64,000 nt of DNA from the human T2T-CHM13v2.0 reference genome, Homo sapiens (GCF_009914755.1 NC_060947.1); one strand, 5' to 3'. Numbered from the stretch's first letter, positions 42,683 to 57,067 are shown. Made by a program: numbers and translations. Notes: generated from the letters alone by a model not told the origin.

Positions 42683-43707
42683 TTACAATTTGGTATGTTT
42701 TTGCAGTGGCTGGTACCGGTTGTTTCTTTCCATGTTTAGTGTTTCTTTCAGGAGCTCTTGTAAGGCAGGCCTGGTGGTGACAAAATCTCTCAGCATTTGC
42801 TTGTCTGTAAAGGATTTTATTTCTCCTTCACTTATGAAGCTTAGTTTGGCTGGATATGAAATTCTGGGTTGAAAATTCTTTTCTTTAAGAATGTTGAATA
42901 TTGGCCCCCATTCTCTTCTGGCTTGTAGAGTTTCTGCCGCAAGATCTGCTGTTAGTCTGATTGGCTTCCCTTTGTGGGTAACCCGACCTTTCTCTCTGGC
43001 TGCCCTTAACATTTTTTCCTTCATTTCAACTTTGGTGAATCTGACAATTATGTGTCTTGGATTTGCTCTTCTTGAGGAGTATCTTTGCGGTGTTCTCTGT
43101 ATTTCCTGAATTTGAATGTTGGCCTGCCTTGCTAGGTTGGGGAAGTTCTCCTGGATAATATGCTGCAGAGTGTTTTCCAACTTGGCTCCATTCTCCCCAT
43201 CACTTTCAGGTACACCAATCAGACGTAGATTTGGTCTTTTCACATAGTCCCATATTTCTTGGAGGCTTTGTTCGTTTCTTTTTATTCTTTTTTCTCTAAA
43301 CTTCTCTTCTCATTGCATTTCATTCATTTGGTCTTTAATCACTGATACCCTTTCTTCCACTTGATTGAATCAGCTACTGAAGCTTGTGCATGTGTCACCT
43401 AGTTCTCATGTCATGGTTTTCAGCTCCATCAGGTTATTTAAGGTCTTCTCTACACTGTTTATTCTAGTTAGCCATTCGTCTAATCTTTTTTCAAGGTTTT
43501 TAGCTTCTTTGCGATGGGTTCGAACATCCTCTTTAGCTTGGAGAAGTTTGTTATTACCGATCGTCTGAAGCCTTCTGCTCTAAACTTATCAAAGTCATTC
43601 TCCATCCAGCTTTGTTCCATTGCTAGCGAGGAGCTATGTTCCTTTGGAGGAGAAGAGGCGCTCTGATGTTTGGAATTTTCAGCTTTTCTGCTCTGGTTTC
43701 TCCCCAT
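42683..43707 (-). pseudogene. L1 ORF1, disrupted in the coiled coil; RRM/CTD open for 186 aa (42683-43243)
   Basis: MGRNQSRKAENSK start; RPNLRLIGVPE, ARREW and YPAKLS motifs. Confidence 0.93.
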
Positions 43708-44721
43708 CTTTGTGGTTTTATCTACCTTTGGTCTTTGATGATGATGACGTACAGATGGGGTTTTGGTGTTGATGTCCTTTCTGTTTGTCAGTTTTCCTTC
43801 TAACAGTCAGGACCCTCAGCTGCAGGTCTGTTGGAGTTTGCTGGACGTCCACTCCAGAACCCGTTTGCCTGGGTATCACCAGCGGAGGCTGCAGAACAGC
43901 AAATATTGCAGAACAGCAGATGTTCCTGCCTGATCCTTCCTCTGGAAGCTTCCTCTCAGAGGGGCACCCGGCCGAATGAGGTGTCAGTTGGCCCCTACTG
44001 AGAGGTGCCACCCAGTTAGGCTACTCGGGGGTCAGGGACCCACTTGAGGAGGCAGTCTGTCCGTTCTCAGATCTCAAACTCCATGCTGGGAGAACCACTA
44101 CTCTCTTTAAAGCTGTCAGACAGGGACGTTTAAGTCTGCAGAAGTTTCTGCTGCCTTTTGTTCAGCTATGCCCTGTCCCCAGAGGTGGAGTCTACAGAGG
44201 CAGGCAGGCCTCCTTCAGCTGCAGTGGGCTCCACCCAGTTCGAGCTTCCTGCCTGCTTTATTTACCTACTCAAGCCTTAGCAATGGCAGATGCCCCTTCC
44301 CCAGCCTTGCTGCCGCCTTGCAGTTCTATCTCAGACTGCTTTGCTAGCAGTGAGCAAGGCTCTGTGGGCATGGGACCCTCCGAGGCCAGGTGCGAGATAT
44401 AATCTCCTGGTGCGCCGTTTGCTAAGACCATTGGAAAAGCGCAGTATTAGGGTGGGAGTGTCCCAATTTTCCATGTACTGTCTGTCACGGCTTCCCTTGG
44501 CTAGGAAAGGGAATTCCCCGACCCCTTGTTCTTCCCGGGTGAGGTGATGCCCTGCCCTGCTTCGGCTCATGCTTCATGGGCTGCACCCACTGTCCAACAA
44601 TCCCCAGTGAGATGAACCTGGTACCTCAGTTGGAAATGCAGAAATCAGTGGTCTTCTGCGTTACTCATGCTGGGAGCTGTAGATGGGAGCTGTTCCTATT
44701 CAGCCATCTTGGACGGGCAAG
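43708..44721. promoter_or_regulatory. L1 5'UTR: sense promoter fires on the - strand; antisense promoter fires on the + strand, co-directional with TMEM164
   Basis: Complete L1PA 5'UTR with the YY1-type AAGATGGC site near its 5' end; promoter activity inferred from family knowledge, with visible CpG decay. Confidence 0.6.
44283..44402 (+). other. L1 ORF0 homologue (39 aa, MADAPSPALLPPCSSISDCFASSEQGSVGMGPSEARCEI*) with splice donor CAG|GTGCGA at 44389/44390
   Basis: Similar to recalled primate L1 ORF0 (MAGAPPPASLPPCSLISDCCAS...GVGPSEPG); strong Kozak GCAATGG; an extra G near 44385 shifts the frame. Confidence 0.7.
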
Positions 44722-44912
44722 TGTCCTACTTTCTTATATGTGAATTCTGAAACGCAAGGTCCTAACTGCACTCCCTGCCACAAGACAGACAGGATTGCGC
44801 TACAGCACCTCACAAAGTGGGAAAAAAATGTATACACTCTTAGATCCAGGGGTTTATAGAAACAGAAAGTCAGTGCAGAAGGACTCTGGACTCCGGGATG
44901 GTAGAAATAGAT

Positions 44913-45187
<275 letters not shown>

Positions 45188-46687
45188 TAATACAAATCAC
45201 AGAAAGTAAATCTTAGTGTCTGGCTGAAGGAAAGAAGTAGATCCAGATGTCCATCAACATGACAATGGGTAACTACCTTGTGGTATATTCATAAAAGTGA
45301 ATAATATTCAGCAGTGAAAAACAGATGAAGTAGAGCTACATGTATAAACATGGATAATTAGAAGTTAAGTGAAAAATGTAATTTGCCTAATAATCTTTCT
45401 CTATACAATGTACCATTTATTTAAGGGTATAAACATGAAACAACACTATATGTGATTTGTAGATACATACAAACATAATAAATGTATAAAAACGTGGGCA
45501 ACAAGGAAGTCAACTACTTTAGAGTAGAGGTTCCCCTTGTAGATGGTTGGGTGAGATGAATCGTATTCAGGAAGGGTACATAGAGGACAACTGAATCAAT
45601 AATATTCAAATTTATTAAAGCTGTATGGTAGGTGCAGAGGTGCTAATTTTTAAAATATTTTACTGTATGTTTAAAACTTTAAGTGTAAAGAAAAAACTAG
45701 GGCAGAAAAACGTTGTTTAAAATGCTCAGAATCCTGGATCACTTATTTTGTGAGTGTGAAAGCTGAGACTGGGAGAGTTCAGTGTTTTGCTTCTCATATA
45801 CATTTTTGAATTTTGTTCAATTATCATACAGCCAAATTGGCTTTTTTGGGAATAAAGTTCTATGAATCTTAAGACATGTATAGATTATTATAATTACTAC
45901 CACAGACAGGGTTTAGAACTGCTCCATCACTTCTAAAAACTTCTCATACTCTTCCTTTAGTGTGACACCCAGATTTCTAAACCCTGGCAACCACTGACCA
46001 GCTCTGCAATCACTGTAGTTTTGTCCTTTGGAGAATGTCATACAAATGGAACCTTACAGTGTGTAACCTTTAGAGAGTGGGTTTGTTTACTTAGCATAAT
46101 GCCTTTGAGATTCATCTGAGTTGATACATGTATCAATTGTTTATTCCTTTTTATTTCTGAGTGGTTTTCCATGGTCTGTAGGTACCACAGTTTGTTTATC
46201 CATTCAGCCATTGAAGGGTACCTGGACTGCTTCCAGATTTTGTCTATTATGAATAGAGTTGCTGTAAACATTGGTGTAGAGGGTTCCATGTAAACATAAG
46301 TTTTCATCTTAGTAGGGAGCCAGGAGCAGAATTATTGAGTTGTAGGGTGAGTACTAGTGTTTTTAACTTATGAAAGTTTTTTCTTTTTCTTTTTTTATTA
46401 AAAAAAACCTTTATAAGATACCATCAAATAGTTTTCCAAATCAGTGCTTTTACATTTACATTCCTACCAACAGTGTATGAAAATTCCGGTTTCTGCACAT
46501 TGCTATTGTCTTTTTTGTTGTTGTTGTTATTATAGCAATTCAGATGAGAAGTGGCATCTTATTATCGTTTTAGTTTGCATTTCTCTAATGGTAGGGAACA
46601 TTTTTATCTGCTTATTTGCCGTGAAAACAACAACATATTCAATAACAACTTCTTTTGGTGAAGTGTCTGTTCACAGTTTTTTCAGCC

Positions 46688-46996
46688 CTTTTTTTTTCTT
46701 CTTTTTTTTTTTTTGAGAGGGAGTCTCACTCTGCCACCCAGGCGTGATCTTGGCTCACTGCAGGCTCCGCCTCCTGGGTTCACGCCATTCTGCTGTCTCA
46801 GCCTTTCACGTAGCTGGGACTACAAGGCACCCGCCACCACACCCGGCTAATTTTTTTTTTTTTTTTTTTTTGTATTTTTAGTAGAGACGGGGTTTCATCA
46901 TGTTAGCCAGGATGGTCTCGATCTCCTGACCTTGTGATCTGCCCACCTTGGCCTCCCAAAGTGCTGGGATTACAGGCGTGAGCCACCGCTCCTGGC
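46688..46996 (-). mobile_element. AluY-like
   Basis: GGTTCACGCCATTC and TTAGCCAGGATGGTCTCGATCTCC diagnostics. Confidence 0.9.
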
Positions 46997-48412
46997 TGAG
47001 TTGTGTGTTTTCTTATTGTTGAATTTCAGGATTCTTTATATATTCTGGATAAAAGTTCTTTGTTGGATATGTGATTTGCAAATATTTTATCCCATGTTAT
47101 ATGTTATATAGCTTATCTTTTCATTGTCTTAAAGTGTCTTTCACAGATCAAAAGTTTTTCATTTTGATTAATGTCAGTTTATCATTTTTTTTTTCTTTTA
47201 TGTATTGTGTTTTTGGTGTCATGTCTAAGAACTGTTTGCTTAACTGAAGATCACAGATTTTTTCATATATTTCCTTCTAAGACTTATAGTTTTATATTTT
47301 CTATTTAGATTTATGACTTAGCTTTTATATAAGTTGTGAGGTTTAGGTTAAGTTTGTTATTTTACATATGAATGTCCAATTGCTTCAACCGCATTTACAC
47401 TATTTTCAAAAATCAAATGATTATATTTGTGTGGGTCAAATTCTGGACTATTATGTTTCATTGATTGATGTGTCTATTCTTGGGCAATACTGCATTGTTT
47501 CGGTTGCTTTAACTTTGTAGTAAGCCTTAAAATCAGGCAATGTGACTCCTTCATTATCTGCTTCTTTTACAGAATTATTTTAGCTATTCCTGTTTCTTTG
47601 ACCTTCCATATACACTTTAGAGTCAGTCTATCTATAAAATATCCTGTTGGGATTTTGATCAGAATTGCTTTGACTCTATAGATCGTTTTGGTGAGAAATG
47701 ACATCTTTCCTATGTTGAGCCTTTCAGTCCTTGGACAAGGTATGTCTTTCCATTTATTTAGGTCTTTTATTTTATCAGCATTTTGCCATTCTCAGCATAT
47801 GGATCCTTTAAATATTTTGTTAGATTTATACTTAAGCATTTCAGTTTTTTGAAACATTTTAAGTGGTTCTTTCAAAAATGTTGCTTTTCAATTGTACACT
47901 GCTACTGTGTAGAAGTGATTGATTTTTGTGTGTTGACTTCGCATCCTGTGACCTTTAAAAACTAATGTATTTTTTAGGAGCTTTTTTGTAGATTCCTTGG
48001 GATTTTCCATACATATAATCACGTCCATTGCAAATAAGGACAGTTTTACTTCTTCCTTTTCGATCTCTATTATTTTTGTTGCCTGATTTCCTCGCTAAAG
48101 TTGCCAGTCTAATAGTAGTGGTGAGAGTGGACATCCTTGTCCTGTTTCTAATGTTGTCGGGGGGAGCATTTAGTCTTTCACCATTAAGTATTAGATTAGG
48201 CATAGTAATTTTAGGTGCCCTTTATCAGGCTGAGGAAGTTCCCTACATCAGGTTGAGGAAGTTCCCTACTATTCCTAGTTTGATGATAATTTTTATCATG
48301 AATAGATACTGAATTTTGACAAAATACCCTTTCTGTATCAGTTGATATGATCACGTACTTTTTAGTCTTTTTTAGTCTTTTCAGCACTGATTTGGTGAAT
48401 TATATTAATTGA

Positions 48413-48788
<376 letters not shown>

Positions 48789-49480
48789 AAGTAGTATTCT
48801 TTCTATACTGCTACTTTAGATTTGCTAATATTTTACTGAGGATTTTTGTGTCTGTTGTTCATGAGGAATATTGGTCTGTCTGTCCTTCCTTCCTTCCTTC
48901 CTTTTCTTCCTGCTTCCTTCTTCTTCCCTCATCTTCTTCTTTTTCCTCTATTTTCTTCTTCTCTTCCTCTCCTTCCTCCCCACTACCCAACTCCTCTAGT
49001 TTTGGTATCTGGGTAATGTAGTGATGGACCATTCTGTTTAATTGATTGATGTGTTCATTCTTTCCCCTCTTCAACTCAACATGAGAAATGTTTCCTTCTC
49101 TTTTATTTTCTGAACAAGATTGTATAAATATTTGGTAGAATTGGTCACTGAAACTGAGTCTGGAGATTTCTTATTCAGATGATTTTAACTATGAATTCAA
49201 TTTATTTAATAGTATTATTCAGGTTGTCTTTTTCATCTTGGGTGAGTTTTGGAGTTTGTGGTTTTTGAAGAATATGTCCATTTCATCTAAGTGGTCAAAT
49301 TTATGTGCATAGAGTTGGTTGGAGTATTCTTTTATAATTTTAATTGCTAGGGTTCTAATATCTTCTTTCATTGCTGATATTGTTAACTTTTTTCCTTCTC
49401 TCTTTTTATCCATGTCATTCTACCTAGAAGTTTATAAATTGTATTGACTTTTTTCAAAGACAAACTTTTGGTTTTATTGA

Positions 49481-49783
<303 letters not shown>

Positions 49784-49943
49784 CTCTATTGTTTTTCTTT
49801 TCCATTTCATTGATCTCTGCTCTTTATTATTTCATTTTTTCTGCTTGCCTTGGGTTTATTTTGCTCTTATTTTTTTTATTCTTAAGGTGGAAGCTTAGAT
49901 TGCTAATTTGAGACCATTCTTTTTGCCTAATATAAGAATTTCC

Positions 49944-50256
49944 AGCTGGGTGCAGTGGCTCATGCCTGTAATCCTAGCACTTTGGGAGGCCGAGGTGGGT
50001 GGATTGCTTGAGGCCAGGAGATCAAGACCAGCCTGGCCAACATGGTGAAACCCCGTCTCTACAAAAAATACAAAAAAAAAAAAAACCAACACACCAAAAA
50101 CTGGGCATAGTGGCAGGCACCTATAATCTCCTACTTGGGAGGCTGAGGCAGGAGAATCACTTGAACCTGGGAGGCGGACGTTGTAGTGAGCCCACATCCG
50201 GCCACTGCACTCCCGTCCTCCAGCCTGGGTGACAGAGTGAGACTGTGTTAAAAAAA
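49944..50256 (+). mobile_element. Alu (S/J)
   Basis: Forward Alu dimer ~160 nt from an oppositely oriented Alu. Confidence 0.92.
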
Positions 50257-51067
50257 TTTTTTTCCTGTTACTAGCATATTTTTGTTGTTGTTGTTCAGTT
50301 CAAAATATTTTATAATTTCCTTTGAGAATTCCTATCTATGAATTTGCCTTTCCAGCCATCCAGAGAATTTGTCATCTGTTCCATATCTTTTTGTTCTTGG
50401 TTGTTATCAAGTACTAAATTAAAATAGAATTCATCTCGTGAAGGATCATAATAGCTTCATTTGTTATGAATAATGTGATATTCATTTACATTGATCTGTT
50501 AAGGATAATACAGCCACTGTATATTGAGTGCTTATTATATTCTAGGCACTACATTGATCACTTTACATGGTCTTATTTTATTAAATTCTCTAACCCTTTC
50601 AGTAGGTACTCTTATTAGTTCAATTAACAATTGTGAGGCAATTGACACATATTTTAAGTGATTTGTCTGTAGTCACTTGGCCAGTAAATGGTAGGGATGG
50701 GATGGAATGTAGACTTGATTCCAAACCCCCTTAACCATTTTACTACATTTCCTCTAGTTATTTCACTTCTTGCCTTCTCATAAAAATTGTTAGCTTTTTG
50801 AGGGCAGATACTGTGTCCTACTTATACTTATCTTCTTTTCCCTACAATACCTGCAACAATGTTAGGCACACAGTAATGGATTGACTAATGTTTGTGGAAC
50901 TAAATTCAACAAAATTAACTGATCTAGAAGAGAATCAAAACCATGGTGCTTGCCATATTGCCTCAGATTCTTACCAGCTAAGCAGACTCAGTGTAGCATC
51001 CTATACAAAACCAAAAAAGCTTATAGGAAATATTTGTGTCAGTAATAATGGCTATCTTGTGTTCTTT

Positions 51068-51590
51068 TGTGATGATCAGTCAGATGTGGCCACAAGAGTA
51101 GACAGAGGAGAGGGTAAGGAAAAAACAAAGTTTATTATATTCACTGGTCCCAGAGACAAGAGGCTCAGGATACTAGGCAAGGCCACTTGGGAAAGACATT
51201 AGGGTGGTCAGGAGGCAGGAGATAGGAGCAAGGAGGAAGTTTTAGTCCACTGCCTTTATTGGGGTTTCCACAGAAAAAGCAGGGCAGGGCAGGACAGGGT
51301 GAATAGTTAAGGATTGGCTAGTTTGAATAGTTTCAGCAGGCCTCTAAGCTGTAGGGCTGCACCCTAGTTGTCTGGTGTCTGGCCCTGGGGCAATTAAGGA
51401 AGAGGAATATAGCCTCCTGGGGTATAAGGGGCAGATAGAGGAGGTCTGGCTTTGGATTGGTTAGTTTGCATATCAAAGGCATGTTTCTGGGTGAGTACTT
51501 GCTGTCTCTAAGAATTGGCTGGAGGATGGGGGTCGGGGTGGGGGCAGGCTGTCTCTAGCCAGAAAGGTTTTTAAAGATACCAAAATATCA
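51068..51590. mobile_element. ERVL-type solo LTR (MER76-like)
   Basis: AAAGTTTATTATATTCACTGGTCCCAGAGACAAGAGG...GGATTGGCTAGTTTGAATA...GATTGGTTAGTTTGCATAT resembles recalled MER76. Confidence 0.5.
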
Positions 51591-51616
51591 CAATATACAG
51601 AAAATAAAATATATGC

Positions 51617-51772
51617 TGCATATCAAGCAATTCAACTTTTTCTTGTAATATCATGACTTTTCTTTGCTTCTTGGGAGCACTTCCAGCATGACTGGTGGCA
51701 CTTCATCTGGATCCCCTGGTGTTATTCAGGGGTTACAGTATCACACTAAACAGGATGGAAAACATGAGGGAA
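51617..51772 (-). mobile_element. Inverted internal Tigger2 fragment
   Basis: Reverse complement of ~52305-52457. Confidence 0.75.
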
Positions 51773-52794
51773 GGGTCGACCCTTGAACAACATGGGTTTG
51801 AGCTATGCAGGTCCACTTAGAAGCAGATTTTTTCAATAAATATATTGGAAAAAGGTTTGGGGGTTTTTGACAATTTGAAAAAATTTGCAGGCAAGTCTTA
51901 TAGCCTAGAAGTATTGAAAAAGATTAAGAAAAGGTTAAGTATGTCATGAATGAATAAATACATGTAGACACTAGTGTATTTTATAGTTTACTACTCTAAA
52001 ATATACACAATCTATTACAAAAAGTTAAAATTTATCAAAGCTTATGTACACAAACACTTATAGACTGTACATTGTGCCATCGTAATTGAGAGATGTAAAG
52101 ATATAAAGATGCACTATTAAAACATAACTGCATAAAATTAGCTGTAGTACATACTGTACTCCTGTAATAATTTTATAGCTGCCTCTTGCAGTGAGCTCAG
52201 GTGTTGTGAGTATCCCTTAGAATGCCCTGTGCCCCTGATCATCTCCGAATGGGCTGTTCTTTCTCCAGTAAATGGTTGATCCCAATAAAAAAGTGATCCT
52301 TGTGGTTCTCGCATTTTTCATGGTGTTTAGTGCAATACCATAAATGTTGAATAACACCAGAGGACCCATACAAAGTGCACTAGTCATGCTGAAGTGCTCC
52401 CAAGAATCAGAGAAAAGTTAAGACATTACAAGGAAAAGTTGAATTGCTTGATATGCACCATAGATTGAGGACTGCAGCTGCAGTTACCCACTATTTTAGA
52501 CGACGATTCATCTTGTGAACAGATGATGCAAACTTATGGTATTGATAAATGTAGTACAGTACTCTAAATGTATTTTCTCTTCCTCATGACTTTCTTAATA
52601 TTTTCTCTTCTCTGTAAGAATACAATATATAATACATATAACATACAAAATTTGTGTTAATTGATCTCAGTAAGGCTTCTGGTCAACAGTAAGCTATTGG
52701 TAGTTAACTTTAGAGGAGTTAAAAGTTATAGGCAGATTTTAGACTGCTCAGGGAGTCAGTGCCCCTAACCTCCACATTGTTCAAAGATCAGCTG
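51773..52794 (+). mobile_element. Tigger2 deletion derivative (Tigger2b-like, ~1 kb)
   Basis: TIRs GTCGACCCTTGAACAACATGGG and CCACATTGTTCAAAGATCAGCTG|TA. Confidence 0.85.
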
Positions 52795-52974
52795 TATATA
52801 CAATACAAAGACCAATACTCTGAGCTGGTAAGGAGGTTTATAAGTATGACTAACCAAATATAAGTCTGCCCCAAGCTCTGCTTTTTGGTTCTGGCCTTCA
52901 GTCTGTCCATCTGCTTTCTCTGGACCTCCTTCTCATACTTTGAATTTTTTAAGTAGTTTGTCCCTCATATGATT

Positions 52975-53130
52975 TTTTTTCTATTCCTTTTTCCCTTCCT
53001 GTCCTTCCTTCACTCCTTTCCCTCCCACCTCCCTCCCTCCCTTCCTCTCTCCCTTCCTTCCTTCCTTCCATCCAACCATCCATCCATCCATCCATCCATC
53101 CATCCATCCATCCATCCATCTATCCATCTT
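52975..53130. repeat. (CCTT)n/(CCCT)n then (CCAT)n pyrimidine-rich tract
   Basis: Direct observation. Confidence 0.92.
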
Positions 53131-53574
53131 GAGGCTTTAGGTGAGTTCTTCACCATTTATTTAACAAATGTTTTATATGAGTCTTACTATATGCCATGCA
53201 CATTTTAATGCATTTTTTAAATATAATTCCCATAACAATCCTATGAATTGGGTACTATTATGGTTCCTATTGTACAGATGAGGGAACTCCCTCACAGGAC
53301 TTTCTAGTGGCCCTATAGCCATTTGCCACACCCATTACAAATTTTTGTGGCAGGCTGGAGGGGGGTATAAAGTTAAAACAAAGGCCTCTGCTTCTGAGTT
53401 GGTCAGTCATTTACCTGTAGAGCTGTGCTTTGTCGGTAAAGGGCAATGTAGTTGTGTGATCAGGATAGTTGCCACAGAACACACAAGGGGTTTAGGCATG
53501 ACCTTCCTTGCCCCATTGGCACGCAAGAACTTTTTCCTTCCTGGCCTGCAGTCTGATACATACACACATAGAAA

Positions 53575-53578
53575 CACA

Positions 53579-53625
<47 letters not shown>

Positions 53626-53647
53626 ACACACAGAGAGAGAGAGAGAG

Positions 53648-53696
<49 letters not shown>
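53575..53696. repeat. Compound (CA)n(GA)n microsatellite
   Basis: Direct observation; explains the HTHT/ERER/CVCV ORFs in the track. Confidence 0.97.
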
Positions 53697-53698
<2 letters not shown>

Positions 53699-54275
53699 AT
53701 ATGTAACATTCATGCCATGGATTTAAAGCAGAGTACAATGGCAAAAATACAATCTTGAAACTTGGCGACATCTGAGCGTGACTTCAGCCTCTGCCACTTA
53801 TTGTCTGTTTGATCTTGGGCAGATCACTTAATCACTTGGAGCTTTGGTTTTCTCCACTATGAAATGAGGAAGATGATGGTGGTTATAATAAAAACTCTGA
53901 TGACTGAATGAGATGATATATTTGAATCCTTAGCCCAGTGATTTGCACATAGAAATGTTCAATACATGTTAGAAATGTTTGTGATTATTAATATGCAAGG
54001 CTTCTTTATGTATTAAAGATAATTCACCCTCTAGCATATATATAGCTTGTATAAACTGAATTTTGAGAACCCAGAGCAATGCTTGTCTTTATCTAGGGAC
54101 TTAACTGTTTTGGATCTTGATGTTAGTTTTATCTTCATCTTTGGCCGTCCGTAGGTCCTGATCAGTTCCATCAACCTCAAGATTTAACTTTTGGTGTCCA
54201 AATGTCTAATTGGCCCTGTGCAAATGCTGACATTTCTTTTGAGGTCCATGGCAAAGCCTGGCACCAGAATCCAGC

Positions 54276-54575
54276 TTTTTTTTTTTTTTTTTTGAGATGC
54301 AGTCTTGCTTTGTCACTCAGGCCGGAGTGCAATGGCATGATCTTGGCTCACTGCAACCTCTGCCTCCCAGGTTCAAGTGATTCTCCTGCCTCAGCCTCCT
54401 GAGTAGCTGGGACTACAGACGCCTGCCACCATGCCCAGCTAATTTTTGTATTTTTAGTAGAGACGGGGTTTCGCCATGTTGGCCAGGCTGGTCTTGGACT
54501 CCTGACCTCAAGTGATCCTCCCGCCTCAGCCTCCCAAAGTGCTGGGATTACAGGTGTGAGTCACCACGCCCAGCC
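54276..54575 (-). mobile_element. AluSx-like
   Basis: Flanked by direct repeat CAGAATCCAGCTTT. Confidence 0.95.
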
Positions 54576-55114
54576 CAGAATCCAGCTTTCATCTGGACTG
54601 TTGATGTGATTTTTTTTTCCCTCTCCCAGAGTGAGTCTTTATGTTGTGGCTGTCACATAGGAGGGCCCAGGGGCAGGGTTAAGCCAGATTCTACTTCACT
54701 GAAGGCCTGGAATGGCTGTTAATAGCTCCTGCTATAGACAGTGAGGCTTGAGCCAGATTTTTTAGTACTCCATTTGTCAGACACGGGGTGCCACCTTGAA
54801 TGACACTGCTGAAAAAGGATTGTGGTAACCTGGCCAGCCCCAGGGAGGTTGGAGTGACATTGCGTTGGTGTGCCTCTTCCCTTTTATGGACCAGGCCAAG
54901 CCCTATTAACCTGAAGGAGTGTGATGGCCTTGTTTAGCCAAACAGCCTTTTCCACTTTAGTCATCCTTTGAAATCTTATTAAGCCAGGGGCAGGGAAGGA
55001 AGAAGGAGGCAGACAGACTCTTGAAACTAAAAGGAGGGAAAGAGGAACATTCTAACCTTCCACCTGAGGTCATACTTTGGCAGGAGGAAGGGACCAGGGA
55101 ATTTTATACAAGGC

Positions 55115-55345
55115 AGCAAGAGAGATATAAGAGTTTGGGGTCTGGAGTCAGATAAACCTGGTTTTGAATTCTGACTCTACTCTCTTATGTGTGGTGTTGA
55201 CCAGATCACCTCACTTCTCTGAAACTCGTTTCCTTATCAACAAAATGGGAAAAGTAATTGTACCTATCTCAGAAGATTGGTATAAAAATTAAGCAAGAAA
55301 GTTCATGTAAAGCAGTTAATCAGATACTTGCCTGGAATATTATTA
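55115..55345 (+). mobile_element. MIR SINE
   Basis: TCTGGAGTCAGATAAACCTGGTTTTGAATTCTGACTCT...CTCACTTCTCTGAAACTCGTTTCC. Confidence 0.75.
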
Positions 55346-55519
55346 TTTTTCTTCTGGTTCTTGATTAAGGATGCCTGGAATATATTAAGTGCATACCATC
55401 GCTATTCGCAAAGTTTTGGTGACAAAGAACAATAGGAAGAAACAGCCTAGGGGAAGTGAAAAGCAGTCTTGGGGTTTCTGTGCCATTCTCCGGGGTCTCC
55501 TTGTAACATCTTTCAGTCT

Positions 55520-55861
55520 GTCTCCCTTCCCTTCTTCCCTTTTTCCCTTCTTCCCTCCCCTCCCCTCCCCTCCCTTCCCCTCCCCAAGTCTTGCTCTGTC
55601 GCCCAGGCTGTAGTACAGTAGCATGATCTCGGTTCACTGCAACCTCCGCCTCCTGAGTTCAAGCGATTCTTGTGCCTCAGCCTCCCGAGTAGCCGAGGTT
55701 ACAGGCGCCTGCCACCATGCCTGGCTAATTTTTGTATTTTTAGTAGAGACGGGGTTTTGCCATATTGTCTAGGGTGGTCTTGAACTCCCGACCTCAGGTG
55801 ATCTGCCAGCCTCTGCCTCCCAAAGTGCTGGGATTATAGGCATGAGCCACCGCACCCAGCC
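55520..55861 (-). mobile_element. AluSx-like with tail converted to (CCCCT/CCTT)n
   Basis: Reverse Alu dimer. Confidence 0.9.
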
Positions 55862-55969
55862 ACATCTCTTAGCGTTACAAACACATCTGTGAGTGCCAAG
55901 AGAAGAGGTAAAGTTCTAGAGAGTCTTCAACATGTGGACTGTTTTCCCAGCCAGGGCATAGGAGGTATG

Positions 55970-55970
<1 letters not shown>

Positions 55971-56032
<62 letters not shown>
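55971..56032. repeat. (TG)~30 microsatellite
   Basis: Direct observation. Confidence 0.97.
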
Positions 56033-56033
<1 letters not shown>

Positions 56034-56962
56034 TTGAGATTGACATCAACCCCCATCTAGTGTTGAGGTCTAAGAGGCGTGTTGCCTCGGTGGTGGTTGT
56101 CCATGACCCATCAAATCAACGTTTCTTCAAGAGGAACAGACTGTCATTCTTTTCATCTCTCTTAGTAGTAAAGAACCATTTGCCTTTAATAATGAAGGAA
56201 GCTACTTAAATCCATCCCCAGAGCCCTCACAAGCAGGGTTTGTTCCTGAGTTAATTGTGCTTGACTTATGAAGGGTTTCTAATGAGTATGTATTTTAACA
56301 AGTCTGGCATTGGGATTGGGAAACAGTATCATTAACCAGTGCTGGAGACCAGTGGTTTTCTTCTTCTTTTTTCTTTTTGTTTTGCTTTTAAGTCACAGAG
56401 CCCAATATGTAAATGAAAGCCTGGAAGGCTGCCCACTTTTGCTCCTGAGGGCATTTCTAAGAAAGTGGGGAAATATAGTTTGCAAAACACTGCAGTTGGC
56501 TTCCTGGGTTGTAGCAATCTTTTTCTGTTTAGGTCTCTGTTTGGGGAAAAGGATTATACATGACAGTGTAAATAAGCAGCCATGTTATAATAAATAGGTT
56601 TCTACTGTAATAACAGAACACTTACCTCCCGCAGTTCCCCTTTTCTAATGCCGCCCAAGCTGTAGCAGTTGAAGCCGTTGATTGGGACTGACTGAATGTT
56701 TAGGGAACACAGAGCTCATTATTTAATAAAGTGTTGTAACCAAAGTATGTTCAGGAAGTGTTCAGGGGATTCTGAGCCAGTGATGGTGCTCTTCAGAACA
56801 TTTCAGTTAATACAAAATATGCCACTATTAATTCATTTTGTGCAAACTCCAGTGCCATTTTCCACAGAGAGCAACTTGTATACATAGTTCTCTTCCATAT
56901 GCCGTGGCTTAACCTGATGTGTCTTTTTTCTCCCTTTGTATCAGGGTCTGAGTATGACCTGA

Positions 56963-57067
<105 letters not shown>

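Larger units (their letters stand above)
38608..44721 (-). mobile_element. Full-length LINE-1 (L1PA4/5-like), ~6.1 kb, antisense to TMEM164
   Basis: 5'UTR begins CCAAGATGGCTGAATAGG (minus strand at ~44712), followed by ORF1, ORF2, 3'UTR and poly-A; perfect 14-bp TSD TGTCCTACTTTCTT at 38594-38607 and 44722-44735. Confidence 0.97.

Noticed and set aside
48224-48269. 23-bp tandem duplication ATCAGG(C/T)TGAGGAAGTTCCCTAC
   Set aside because: Ordinary slippage duplication in a dead L1; two units with no spacer, so not CRISPR-like
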